Positions 50,631 through 63,152 of a DNA stretch of 64,000 nucleotides are shown here, piece by piece. The translations under genes were made by a program, and so were the position numbers. The stretch lies in NCBI GenBank assembly GCA_965235115.1, contig OZ249436.1:28894001-28958000 (forward strand), in the 5' to 3' direction. This DNA comes from Laetmonice hystrix. Its lineage: Eukaryota. The notes below the pieces were generated by a model that did not search any database, had not been told where the DNA came from, and saw only the letters and a program-made list of their open reading frames with translations. Each line of letters starts with the position of its first letter. Within the stretch, counting starts at the first letter, position 1.

Positions 50631-52814
50631 CTCTGAATATGGTATCACCACAATGTATCTAGTGTTTCTTGTTCCCATGCCTTTATTGTCCAGGAGGCAG
50701 GCCATACGTTTCGTCTATCATTTACTCCCATCTAATCTGTGTCCCCTACAGACCATCTGTTTACAAGCGTCCGATAACGTTGTCATGTAGTCCCAATGGC
50801 TGTTTGTCGTAAAAGTTGTACGCCTTTCCTATATCTGAAAGTCTGAAAGTTGCTCGAATCAGAAACGTTTCCTAATAATCCCAGAGAGTCAGCGAAGTCT
50901 CGTCCGTAGTACCGTACAAGATGTAAGAGCGTGCCCTAGTGCAGGCTTCCTAATGCTAAGAAACTACGTTCCGCGGAACGGGAGAACTCCACGTCTGCTC
51001 GTATCCCAAGCCAAACCACATACAACCCAACTGTAAGGTTGCGCGTCTATATATCTCTGGTAGGTTTCGGGGGATTTTCTGTGCACGTTACTAAACCTGC
51101 ACTTCCTTAACCTATGGATCGTTTGCGCTGGTAAGGTGGATGAGTTATTGCTTTGCTGCTGTACCTGTTGAACCTAAACCTGCTGTCGGTGTGGATACGC
51201 TAACATAGGGAATTGTCCGACTAGCTGAATCTGATGTCTAAAACCGTATTCGTAAATATTTACTAGTAGTGTGCTTCAACACACCAGAATTCCTTGTGAC
51301 CAAACCCGCAGAGACGCTGTAAGTATCTGAAGAAATCAATAAACATGTAAGAGAAGTACGTATGGCGTGTGTCCTTTTTGTGTGTATGATTTTCAAAGTG
51401 TCCACTTCCTGTCGGCGAATCTCATCAGGCGGCGCCCTAGTGTCTGAAGCCAAGCTGTCGATTGGGCGGGAACGCGGTAAGTGTTTGGAATGATCTGCAT
51501 AACATGTTTAAAAAGGCGCAAAAAATTGAGTATCAATTAAATATAAAGGCTTTTGTTGGTTTTATTTAAAAATTAAACATTGACCGTAAGTTGTGCACAT
51601 GTTAATCTAGTATACATACATCTATATGGCACAGACAAGAGTGTTAAATTTTTAGTTTAAGTTAATAACGCCAATCAGTGATAGAATATACAGTGGTCCA
51701 CAACACAAGATTTTTCCTCAGAAAGACAGCGTCGTGATGACCGGATCGGATCCGCCATGTGTTGGGGGCTGTCAGACCACATCGGAATTTTAAACTAAAG
51801 GAAACATAAGTGTAAGGATGTGTCGTGATGTAACATAATGTTACGGATCCGGCTTTCTTCAGCGGGCTCCAGTGCAATAGTTTCCACCTATCTCAAAAGA
51901 TGGCGCTGACAAAAATACAGCGCCATCTTTTGACATACATGGAAACTATTGCATTGGAGCCCGCTGAAGAAAGCCGGATGTGACATCATCAATGACGTCA
52001 GGTGAGATACTACCTTTAAATTCAAGGTACGTTTTAATTAAAGCAAATCTCAGTCGACTGAAATAAATTCAACTGGCTATATCTTAAAAGATATTGATAA
52101 TTTTTCCCCGAAAACCAAATGTGATACCCATTGATACAAAAGGAAAAGATATGACCACAAAGTGTGGAGCAGGATTCAGTTTAAAAAATTGATTTTCAAA
52201 AATGACCTGAATTTTCGACTTCTCAGCTCCTTTCGAGCACAAGGCCTTTCGTTCCACTGTTTCACGATATAGGTGGCGCTGCATTTTGACTGTAATGGGC
52301 CGCGAATCTTAAACCCTTCCCAGAAACTGGAGGTGGCGCTGTATTCGCCTCAGCTCTCTGTGGTAGGCCTATAATGGCTGCCAATGCTCACCTTACCGCG
52401 CCTCTGAATACATGTATCATCATGATTTCCGTCTTCTTTTCCCTAAATTCAAGCTTGCCACTGCTGCACTTTTCTTTATTTTGGGTACACGAAATATAAC
52501 AAACTACATATTAAGACAAAATAGAATAAAAGGAAATAATAGGTGAAATTCTAGGGTCATCTGTTACACATATAGAGAGCTAAAATATCGAAACGAGTAG
52601 ACTCTATAGGAGATACGGCCGCAACAGTCCACCGACGGACTTACAAAATAACGTTAAATTACAATATGTAGGCTAACTTAAGTGTAACGATGTGTCGTAG
52701 AGTCATTGTCCCGGCGAGTAACCAGCTTTGGTGATAGTACATTTGGCAGAATTTAATTAACGAGAGACGACGAAGGCTAATACAGCGCCACCTCCAGTTT
52801 CCGGGAAGGTGTGT

Positions 52815-53065
52815 AAAGGCCTGGACCCACTAGCGCGTTTTACCGCTGCGGTCCACGCTGAGCGACAAAACGCGCTAGTGGGTTCAGGCCTTTAGCTGTT
52901 ATTGTTGTATTCATCGTGATAAAATTCGGACTCCCACGTAATTCGGAAATGTCCACATATCTCCTGAAGGCGGTGGTGCTTGCCGTAAGGCCTGAACCCA
53001 ATAGCGCGTTTTGTCGCTCAGCGTGGACCGCAGCGGTAAAACGCGCTAGTGGGCACAGGCCTTTA
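52815..53065. mobile_element. Small element made of two ~76-bp self-palindromic GGCCT-ended units in inverted orientation
   Basis: AGGCCTGGACCCACTAGCGCGTTTT...AAAACGCGCTAGTGGGTTCAGGCCT at ~52817-52890 and its reverse complement at ~52989-53062. Confidence 0.75.
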
Positions 53066-53404
53066 GGCGGCCCATTATCGGCAAAATGCAGCGCCACCTA
53101 TCGTGAAACAGTGGGACGAAAGGTCTTGTGCTCGAAAGGAGCTGAGAAGGCGAAAATTCAGGTCATTTTTGAAAATCAATTTTTTAAACTGAATCCTGCT
53201 CCACACTTTGTGGTCATATCTTTTCCTTTTGTATCAATGGGTATCACATTTGGTTTTCGGGAAAAAATGATCAATATCTTTTAAGATATAACCAGTTGAA
53301 TTTATTTCAGTCGACTGAGATTTGCTTGAATTTAAAGGTAGTATCTCACCTGACGTCATTGATGATGTCACATCCGGCTTTCTTCAGCGGGCTCCAATGC
53401 AATA

Positions 53405-53587
53405 AGCGATTTTAGCATTGCAACCACACGGTGCATTGTGGGATGGGTGGTGTGTTTTAGAAAAGGGTCTGGTGATCGAGACTACCAAACAAGCCACGTG
53501 CTCTCGCAGCTACCCCTGAGTATCCAACGAACCATGACTCGCACGGCTACCAAACAAACCATGCGCACTCGCAATGCTAAAATCGCT
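53405..53587. mobile_element. ~180-bp MITE
   Basis: TIR AGCGATTTTAGCATTGC / GCAATGCTAAAATCGCT flanked by TA; it interrupts the right arm of the inverted repeat. Confidence 0.8.
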
Positions 53588-54775
53588 TATAGTTTCAACC
53601 TTTCTCACAAGATGGCGATGGATTTGTCGTAGGTGAAGGGAAATCTCCCAGCCATTTCAAGTCATCTCAAAATTAAGAGGTGACGCTTCCATCATTTTTC
53701 TGCAGATGGCTCGACATGCAGCGTGTATTTCAGGGACTTGGAAAGATATCAAAGCGGGTTAGAATCAGAATCGCAGTGTGCATTGGAATTTTGACTGGCA
53801 GGGATGATATTTTGGCTGGTTCAGGTCAGCATGAAGGATACGAAACATTTCGTTAGTGATTCAATCAATGATGACTGCGGCCACCGATACACAGATTCGA
53901 TCTGCAACCTCACGTTGTAGTCTTGATACCTTGCGATGTTTCACCGATTTCATCACCATCGCTTTTGGTATGATTAGGGTCTCAATTAACCTGGGGAAAT
54001 TTCTTGAGTGACAGAATCATTAATCCTATAGGCCTACTCAAACGACATCTAGTTAGTGGCCCAATCAATGATGACTACGACCATCCTGACGTCCTTAAAA
54101 ACTGGAGCATGGACGAAACAAGCTTTTGGTGATTCAATCAGTGACGACTACGTCATCGCTACACAGATTCGATCTGCAACCTCACCGATTTCATCACCAC
54201 GACGCCTCCGTACACATTCGCTGGGGTTTCCGAGCTGGGTAAGGTTAAGGGTAGGGTTACTCGGGGTCAGCGTTTCTGTCCGTTTTGGGGGGGGGAATTG
54301 GGTTGATTTGGGGGGGGCATTCCGAGTTGTTTCTTTGTGGCCCAACTTTATAACGACTTATGACGGAGTAGTGTTAGCATGTGATGTAATTCATTATTCA
54401 ACGTCATAGGGGATCTACGGGGTTTATTTTTGTATAGAGTCCTCTTATAGGGAGGGAATCGACGGTTTACAATACAAATAAAATGTAACCTACAATACCA
54501 TCCTTCTCTCCGAGATCTGACTTCATAAAGTCGATTCCATCGTAATAACGGCGAAGTCGGGCCAGCAAGTGTCCCCTCAATAATCGACTGGTCGAATACG
54601 AGGCTTGCTTTATGTTAATTATTGTTTATAATATTGTTTAACGGCCGAACTGGTCGGCTTGACTCGCTGTGTAGGATATATCACACCCAATATGACACCC
54701 ATCCATTTCAAATCGGAGGGTGCGTGGCGGAATCCATGGAGTTGAACTTTGTTTTATTGATCGCGACTACTATTT

Positions 54776-56081
54776 CAGGGGCGCCGCTGCCGGGGGGGAC
54801 GGGGGGGACATGTCCCCCCCACTTTTGCTAGGGACCTAAAAAGGTCAAAGGCTCCTTGAAGTTGAAGCTAGGCCTAATAGATCTACAGATCTTCTGAGAC
54901 TCCCTATGCCTAGCTTTTTAAGGTCAATTGCCCATAGGAGGCAAATTAAAGATAGATTTTCATCATTTTTAATCTAGTGTTTAGGAGATAGGTCTATGTT
55001 TTGCTGTTCTATAATTAATATGGGCCTAACCGCGGCCTAGGCCTAGGCCCCCTGCAGCTTCCCTGTGTAACTTAGTCCTACCACACTGGCGGATCCAGGG
55101 GAGGGGGGCACATAGGGTCTGGACCCCCCTAAAATTTCATGGCGCCTCACGGCATTGTAGGGCTACATAAGACTTTTGGCATCATTGGTCTTTAAATTAT
55201 AGCTTATTTTGTGCTCCAAAATGCATCAGATTTCACCAAATTACACCTTGAATTTGAAAAATTTCCAGGGGGCATGCCCCGGACCCCCTAGCAAGGCTCT
55301 GTGCCTGAGGCGCTCGTACAGTCACGCCGGTTGCGCTCCTAAAAACGTTGGACCCCCCTACTTGAAAAAGCTGGACCCGCCCCGTACCGTCTCTTGTTTA
55401 GCTCATAGACCTGAATATTCAGGTCTATGTTTAGCTCTAGGAAATCTAGGCCACGCTTTAATTATTGTCTGACAGCGTTAGGCCTGCGGCCGTCAACATT
55501 TTTCACCCCCATGTTGGGCCTTCCTATTTGATTTTGAAGAAAAAGACCTCATGCCTGAATGTATGGGGACGATCTGTATTTTATTTGGTAATTATTAGGC
55601 CTAATCGTCAACTTTTTTTGCTTCTGATAAATATATTGCTTGATACTGTTTCTTGTGATGTTAACGGCCAGGTAGGGCACACCTAAAAAAAAAATTTAGC
55701 CTCGCTGCGCTCGGCATGATTTCATTGTAACTGTACTTATAGTAATACATCTTCATACAAAAAAGGAAGATCTAAGGGGGGCAAGCCCCCTGAATCCCTC
55801 ACTGATTAATACATTAATCTTGAGCAAAAGGTCGGCACCGAAAGCTCTTTAGTTTGATGCTGAGAAGCCGGGAAATAGCATCGATGGCCTTTACAGGCCT
55901 ATTCCCAAACATTTTAAGTCGGAGCCCGCCCCCCCCCCCCTCTCGGTGCGGGCACCTTCTGACCCCCCCCCCCCCCCCCTGCAAAGAAAATCCTGGATCC
56001 GCCCCCATAAATCTGGGGGGGGAAGGTCAAACACACCAAGATTGTCCCCCCCCCACTTTGAAATAGGCAGCGGCGCCCCTG
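54776..56081. mobile_element. Non-autonomous hAT-like element with a 5-bp TSD
   Basis: TATTT|CAGGGGCGCCGCTGCC ... GGCAGCGGCGCCCCTG|TATTT; perfect 16-bp TIR; second copy at 25603-26971. Confidence 0.85.
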
Positions 56082-57519
56082 TATTTCGGCTTGCAGTAGG
56101 TGACACGTACTGAAGGACTATCTATTTGACATTGCAAGTGTTCGTACAAATATTTGAGAACGTGAAGGCAATAAGAAAAGAAATTGCGTAAAATTAGCTA
56201 CATTATATGCCGTTATTCTGCTTCAATGAATCACTGACAATGCTTAAGTATTCTGACGTCGACTTTTTGAATGATTCAGGTTATAGTCTTTATGTATTAA
56301 CTTTGCTCGATCTCTTTGGAGCCCGTCTTCAACTGAAGGCAGCAAGCATGCAGGCTGGCTGGCAGGCAGGCAAGCAAGCAGGCAGACAGGCAAGCAAGGC
56401 AAACCATAAGGTACACTTAAGTAGATAGATCGAATTGCACGGAGATCCGAAGGTATCTTGGAAGAAAGGCGGGGAGACAGGCGGCCACATAGGATCTGGT
56501 ACTCGAGCAAAAGGGCAAGGACATGGCATTCCTATACATTTCATATCAGCATTATATCCGTGCAGGTTTCATTCAGGACGATGTTGCTGCCTTCACGTCT
56601 ACTTAGTCGGCTCTCGCGCTCTTTCATGTGGGCGCCTGTGTGGATCCTCTTGGTGAAGCTGAGTCATAAAATGGGAAGACAGAAATAATAGAAGAATTAA
56701 AACATGAGAATATTCAAGCTTGTTAATCCATTATATTTTTAATGCCTCAACAATGACAATTCAGTCATATTGAGAGCAGTCAGTTTTCATGCAAAGAGAC
56801 TCAGCAAGTAACTGACAAACTCTGTCTCAATGAGGTGCAATTAGATTTGAACCTCAGAGGTCAAGGATCGTCGGCGACATGGCCAGACACCTTGATTACT
56901 ACAGTCGGCATGTTGGTCAGGGTTTGGTAACATCAATCACAACGAATGCAGAAACAGAAAGGCAGACACTGTCTTTGTCGACCGGACTACTACATCCTAA
57001 AGCCCAAAGATCTGGCGTCTGAGGCAAAGCATGATCGCCCACCGGTGAGGCCTCTGAATGGTTCTTTGACCCAGGCGACCCCCTGTTGTGACCCTACAGT
57101 CCCGTACTTTGCCCGAGTGCTGAAAGAAAAGTTTGATTGTTGACTGCAAATGACTGAAATAATTGCAACCATTGGCCTGGGTGTTCAAAATGACTAAAAC
57201 ACTAACGTGGCGATGATTTTGGATTAGTGTCGAGCATTCCACCTCCCTCTTTGGGACCACATGTTGACCGTGTGGCAGCTATAACTGTCTTGTGATTTGC
57301 ATTACATAACGGGTGCAGGTCATCTAATTATGGATTCCTTGGTGGCTTTGCACTCAAATACCGTGGAATACCACTACATTGTGGAATACGCTTATACTTC
57401 GTATAGTTATACGCAGAATTGTTCTACTTGGTTTTATGCATACCAAATTTTCTAAACCGGGTAGCAGTGAATAACAATTCTTGGAATAGGCTGAACCACA
57501 GTACAGCTACCTCCTCTTT

Positions 57520-59090
57520 TATGCATCCGGGCCCAGTAAGCAGGCCATACGTCTCGTCGATCATTTACACCCATCTGAACTCTGTCCGCTACAGACCGCC
57601 TGTAAGGGTCCGACAACGTTGTCAAGTAGTCTCATTGGCAATTTGCCGTAAATGTTTAATTAACAATGGTAAATGAAATCGTTGTACGCCTTTTCCATAT
57701 CAGATATCCCATCTCCAAGTAGAAAAAGATTACAGAAATGTTGCAGGCAAGCGCAAACACCATGCTGTACTGAAGCGGCGCCTCCGACTGCACTGCCACC
57801 TTCCGGCTACCGATGAAATCACCACGTATACCTGGCCGGGCTGTCGGGCACCTGTGCCGCTCAGGGGAGAGATAGGATTCTGCAATGATCAGCGAAAAAT
57901 TGCTTCATTTTTGATACGTCAAATTTAAATTACGCCCCCAAAGTGATCATTTTTGGCCAGATGTATAACTGTTAAACATTTCCGTCACGTACGTTCGCTA
58001 CAGATAAATGGTTGTGAAATTTACACTTCCCATTTGAGTATGTTCTCCATATTTTAACAGTAGATGCTCCTCGCCTATACCTGTGAAAATAAAGACGCTG
58101 TGGTCTTTGAACTAGGTCCCTTTTTCATTGGACATAGCAATTCCTATGGTAGGCCTATACCATTGAGCGCGTCTTCAGCAAATCAGATTCCAGCCCAAGT
58201 TAGTCAGCTTTTGAGGTATCAACTTCATCTTTTAGTATGTTGTACCAGGCCTAGAGGCGAATACTTTCTCTGAATATGGAGCCGTTCTGGACTGACAATT
58301 TACTCTTAATTGATAACGTGTTCAAATTCAACGAGAAATACTTGTACATGTATAGGCCTAACAGGGATATAATCTTGGTATAATTGCCGCTAAAATATCA
58401 TTTCACCTTTGGCTTGCTTCAATATAATTAGGCCTATATTTAATTATCTATATTATCTCCCATTCATTCCTTGTATCATGATTAGTCGATTTCTTAAGTG
58501 ACAGCAGCAGAGCTAAACGATTACAATAGTTTGCGTATACATTCAGGTAGGCTATAGACAGTCAGATGATGGTGGGCGGTCGGCAGGGTAGGCAGGGGCA
58601 GCAGGTCAGGAGGCTCAGCATAATAAATATTCATTTTCGATGTACTAATTTGCCGGATATGACGTCCTGTAAACCGGTGGTGAAGTAGTTTTTGACCGAG
58701 GAAGTGAGGCCGCATGGACTTTATGGCCACAGGCTGACTTGTGCCCCCGGGGGCCCGGCCAGGTACGTGGTGATTCCATCGGAAGCCGGAAGGTGGCAGT
58801 GCAGTCGAAGGCGCCGCCTCAGTATACAGCACGGCGGCGTTTGCCTGTAACATCTCTATAGGCCTAACCATTATACTTGAGGATGGGATATCTGATGTAG
58901 AAAAGGCGTACGACCATTTCAATTGCCATTGTTAATTAAACCTTTACGGCAAATTGCCACTGGGACTACTTGACAACGTGGTCGGACTCTTACAGACGGT
59001 TTGTAGGGAAACAGATTAGATGGGAGTAAATGATCGACCAAACGTATCGCCTGCCTCCTGGACAGTAAAGGCATGGAAACATGAAATGAG
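57520..59090. repeat. Inverted pair of a dispersed repeat (~57520-57845 and ~58750-59090); a third copy is at ~50670-50835
   Basis: Shared GCAGGCCATACGT..CGTC.ATCATTTAC.CCCATCT and CGACTGCACTGCCACCTTCCGGCT blocks in opposite orientation. Confidence 0.75.
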
Positions 59091-59489
59091 GTGACATTAA
59101 TAAATATGGTGTATGTGAACAGAAAGAGCAGGTTTCATACCAACATCTCCACCTTTCTGTCTGCTTTGAGAAGCTGAGAGTGTTTGCCAACTTGACATTT
59201 TTCCTATGGTTTTCACAAATATGCTTGTACTGGCCAGGGAATGATTTAAAACGCTAAATACATCTGTTTTCACAATATTAGGTCATTATTGCAATGTTTG
59301 TTTGTATGCATATCTGGTAGTGTAATTCTCTACTGGAATTTTCGCATAGTACCCCCCTATTCGTCACGTACGTTCGCTCATATAAAAGAGAGAAACACAG
59401 TCTTCACTGGGGCATCGAAGTATTTCTATATCAAAACCATGTAATATGACCACTTCCATCTGTTGGCATTGTATTGATTGGCTTCATAA

Positions 59490-61115
59490 TCGAGCAAACA
59501 CTACAGTGAGGGCTCTCTACATGTATTGACTGAGCTTAGACTGAAGCAAACACTACAGTGAGGGTTCCCTACATGTACTGACTGGCCTTATACTCGAGCA
59601 AACACTACAGTACACGTGAGAGCTCCCAATTACATGTACTGTCTGGCCTTACAGTCGAGCACACACTACAGTGAGGGTTCCCCACATGTAGTGACTGGCC
59701 TTACACTCGAGCAAACACTATAGTGAGGGTTCCCTGCATGTATTGAATGCCCTTGGGCTGGGGCAAACACTACAGTGAGGGCTCGCTACATATATTGATT
59801 GGCCTTAGACTGGAGCAAACACTATACAGTGAGTGGTCTCTACATGTATTCGCTAGCCTTAGACTGGAGCAAACACTACAGTGAGGGCTCTTTACATGTA
59901 TTAACTGGCCTCAGACTGCAGCAAACAGCATGGGCGTCGATACCTTATGCTATGCGAATGGGTGCAGTAATCTTGGGGCCAGGGTTCGATTCCTGTAGAG
60001 GACTATACGACTTTTCTCTTTAGGGACATTGTCAAAGTAATTGGGTTACCCCTGATGCCCGTGCATTTCAAAAGAAAAATACAGTGAGGGCTCTCTACAT
60101 GTATTGGCTGGCCTTAGACTAGAGCAAACACTAGAGTGAGGGCCCCCTACATGTAGGCCTACCTGTCCTTGGGCTGGAGCAAACACTACAGTGAGGGCGC
60201 CTACATGTATTGACTGGCCTTATACTCGAGCAAACACTAGCCTACAGTGAGAGCTCTCTATATGTATTGACTGCCTCAGACTGGAGCAAACACGACAGTG
60301 AGGGTTGCCCACATGGACTGACTGGCCTTATAGTCCAGGAAACATTACAGTGACGGCTCCCAACATGGACTGTCTGGCCTTATACTCGAGGCCTTATACT
60401 TGAGCAAACACTACAGACAGTGAGGGCTCTCTGTATCCCAGATAGCACACTTGTATGCAGGCTGGCACAGCCGATGGCCCACTGTTGGGCCACCCGTCAA
60501 AGCAGCGGCAGCCGTTGGTGGTCCACTGGTGGCGTGACCAGCTGGTAGCCGTTGGCCCACCGATGTAGATCTAGCCACCGATGGGCCAACGTTGGCCCAC
60601 TGAAGACAAGATAGCACACAACCGATGGCCCACTGTTGGGCCGCCCATCAAAGCACCAGTGGCCCGCTGTCGGCAGCCGCTGATGGCCCACCAGTGGCTG
60701 ACCAGCTGGTAGCCGTTGGGCTATCGACAGCCGGTGGGCCAACGGCTACCAGCTGGTCACGCAACCAGTGGGCCACCAGCGGCTGCCGACAGTGGGCCAT
60801 CGGCTGTGTTCTATCTGGGATAGCCTACTGACTGGAGCAAACACTATAGGCTAGGCCTACAGTGAGCGCTGTCCACATGGACTGACTCGCCTTATAGGCC
60901 TATTCGAGCAAACACTACAGTGAGGGCTCTCTACATGTATCGACTGAGTTTAGACTGAAGCAAACACTACAGTGAGGGCCCCCTACATGTATTGACTGTC
61001 CTTGGGCTGGAGCAAACACTACAGTGAGGGCCCCCTACATGTATTGACTGTCCTTGGGCTGGAGCAAACACTACAGTGAGGGTTCCCAACATGTATTGTC
61101 TGGCCTTATACTCGT
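59490..61115. repeat. ~51-bp minisatellite interrupted by two insertions
   Basis: GAGCAAACACTACAGTGAGGGCTCTCTACATGTATTGACTGGCCTTAGACT-like units; insertions at ~59928-60080 and 60434-60822. Confidence 0.93.
60434..60822. mobile_element. MITE with CCCAGATAG.ACAC TIRs (EnSpm-like ends) and internal GGCCCAC repeats
   Basis: TATCCCAGATAGCACAC ... GTGTTCTATCTGGGATA. Confidence 0.8.
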
Positions 61116-61250
61116 CTTTGCATTGAACTCAAGCTACCGCGTTACTTGCGATGGCGTTTGTACGTCACAAGAAATGATCTTGGCCTACTTGAATACGTGC
61201 ATGTCCTAAACTCCCCCATTCTTGCTAGCTGAGCGTCAGAGGGCACTTAA

Positions 61251-62196
61251 AGGGAGTCGTAAAATTCATTTTTTTCGATTTATGGCAGTCTTAGAAACAT
61301 ATGATTCGCATACCTTGGACTCCCAGTAACATCATGTGAGACTGTTATGGCCCAGCGACCAGTATTTAGTAAGGAAAATATGCCAAATCTCTCGCAAATA
61401 CGTAGCTCAGAATTAGCGAGCGGCCCACAGGATATTTGAGTTGGCCGCGGTGATGACGCGGTGATGACGCGTGATCACGTGACTTCCGGGTGTGGAAGGG
61501 AATCTCCCTCTAGTCTAGTGCATTCTCACACTCGAGTCCTTTCGGCAATCTTCGGCAATCTCCGTTCGTGCGGGGAAAGCACTCTCACAGATTACATATC
61601 ACTCACGGCCCGATTAGGAGCATCCGCGCCACCTCACTCGTCACACTCGTCAATTACTACACCGTGGATACAAAGTAGTATACGTGCCGGTCGGCAAGAT
61701 CGCTGATGTTGTTGAACAGGTCTTGAATTAAAATTACGCTGGTTGACTATCTTGAGCTTAACCGCCGCCGGTTTGACTGGTGTCATGCGGGAAGCCATGT
61801 CTTCCATGTACTGCGGTGAAACTAGTTCGCCCCGGTGTCCTCGTTACCCCCTGCGGTTTGCCCAGAGTCCCATGCAGGATCTATGAGCGTTCATTTCAGC
61901 AAATGGGCGCGAATGTGAGCGTGAGTCTAGTGTTGACCTAAATACCGCATGTACACCCGGAAGTCACGTGATCACGCGTCATCATCGCCCGACCGCGGCC
62001 AACTCAAATATCCTGTGGGCCGCTCGCTAATTCTGAGCTACGTATTTGCGAGAGATTTGGCATATTTTCCTTACTAAATACTGGTCGCTGGGCCATAACA
62101 GTCTCACATGATGTTACTGCATGGGAGTCCAAGGTATGCGAATCATATGTTTCTAAGACTGCCATAAATCGAAAAAAATGAATTTTACGACTCCCT
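61251..62196. mobile_element. Kolobok-like non-autonomous element, ~240-bp TIRs, TTAA TSD
   Basis: TTAA|AGGGAGTCGTAAAATTCATTTTT ... AAAAATGAATTTTACGACTCCCT|TTAA; the arms match inward to GACTTCCGGGTGT / ACACCCGGAAGTC. Confidence 0.9.
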
Positions 62197-62369
62197 TTAA
62201 CGAAATAAACGCAATATCTACCGAGGCCTAATTAAAAATTTCTAATTGGGCCTAAGTGCTGACAAGTTAAGTAGATTGTGCCCTTTCCTTTTCTGTCCTT
62301 TCCTTTTCTTTCCCTTTCTTTCTTTTTCTTTTCTTTCCTTTTCTTTCCCGTAATAATTGCCATAGCGAT

Positions 62370-63152
62370 CATAACTAGACCTGTCGTGGATAAAACCACG
62401 ATGGATCCCATCCCTTGGGTGACATGTCCCTATGATTTAATGAGGTCATTATGACTTGTGATGTCACGATACGTATTATGTCCTGGTGTTAATCAAAAGA
62501 GCATGTGTATGACTGCCTATTTGTGTCGAATAGTAGCTATGGCTCTATCTTGGAAAGTTTATGACTAATAGTAAATGTAAATGACGTCATTGACATATAT
62601 GACGTCACCTTACATCATAAAGTTCGGAGTCAATGAAAAGAAAGTGTATGACTTCCTCTTCATGTTCAATAGTAACCATAGCTTTAATTATAGGCCTTTC
62701 AAGATGCCAATGACGTCATGACATCATATGTCACGCTACATCTTTAATCTTGGTGTCAATTGAAAGAGCATATATGACTTCCTATTCGTGTTCAATAGTA
62801 ACTATGACCCTATATCTTGCACCGTTTTCGAGTTATAGGCTATGGAAGATACCAATGACATCATTATGATGTCATACGTCACGCTACCTAATAAGTGTTG
62901 GTCTCAATTGAAAGAGCATGTATGACTTCCTATTATGTTCTATGGTAACCATGGCTTTATCTCGCATCGTTTAGGAGTTACAGGCCTTAGAAAATATTGA
63001 TTACGTCATACGTCATCCTACGTCATCAAACTTGGCCTCAATTAAAAGAGCATGCATGACTGCCTATTCATGTTCAATAGTAACTATGGTTCTATCTTGC
63101 ACCGTTCTCGAGTTATAGGCCATAGAAGACACCAATGACGTCATTATGACGT
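62370..63152 (-). repeat. ~125-145-bp tandem cores related to the HINE internal repeats
   Basis: AAAGAGCATGTATGACTTCCTATTCATGTTCAATAGTAACTATG...TCTTGCACCGTTTTCGAG units resemble the reverse complement of the core at ~39785-39850. Confidence 0.65.

Larger units (their letters stand above)
51880..53620. repeat. Large inverted repeat (~470-bp arms, ~420-bp spacer) with two insertions in the right arm
   Basis: 51950-52300 is the reverse complement of 53070-53404 (mirror-image ORFs at 52084-52284 and 52916-53284). 52310-52350 mirrors 52773-52810. Confidence 0.9.

Noticed and set aside
56200..57300. Possible host exons or transposase relic
   Set aside because: No recognisable domain or consistent exon chain; part is a (GGCA)n-like microsatellite.
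59490..61115. CRISPR-like appearance of the 51-bp repeats (also 47430-47840)
   Set aside because: There are no unique spacers (whole units are homologous), no cas genes, and the context is eukaryotic.
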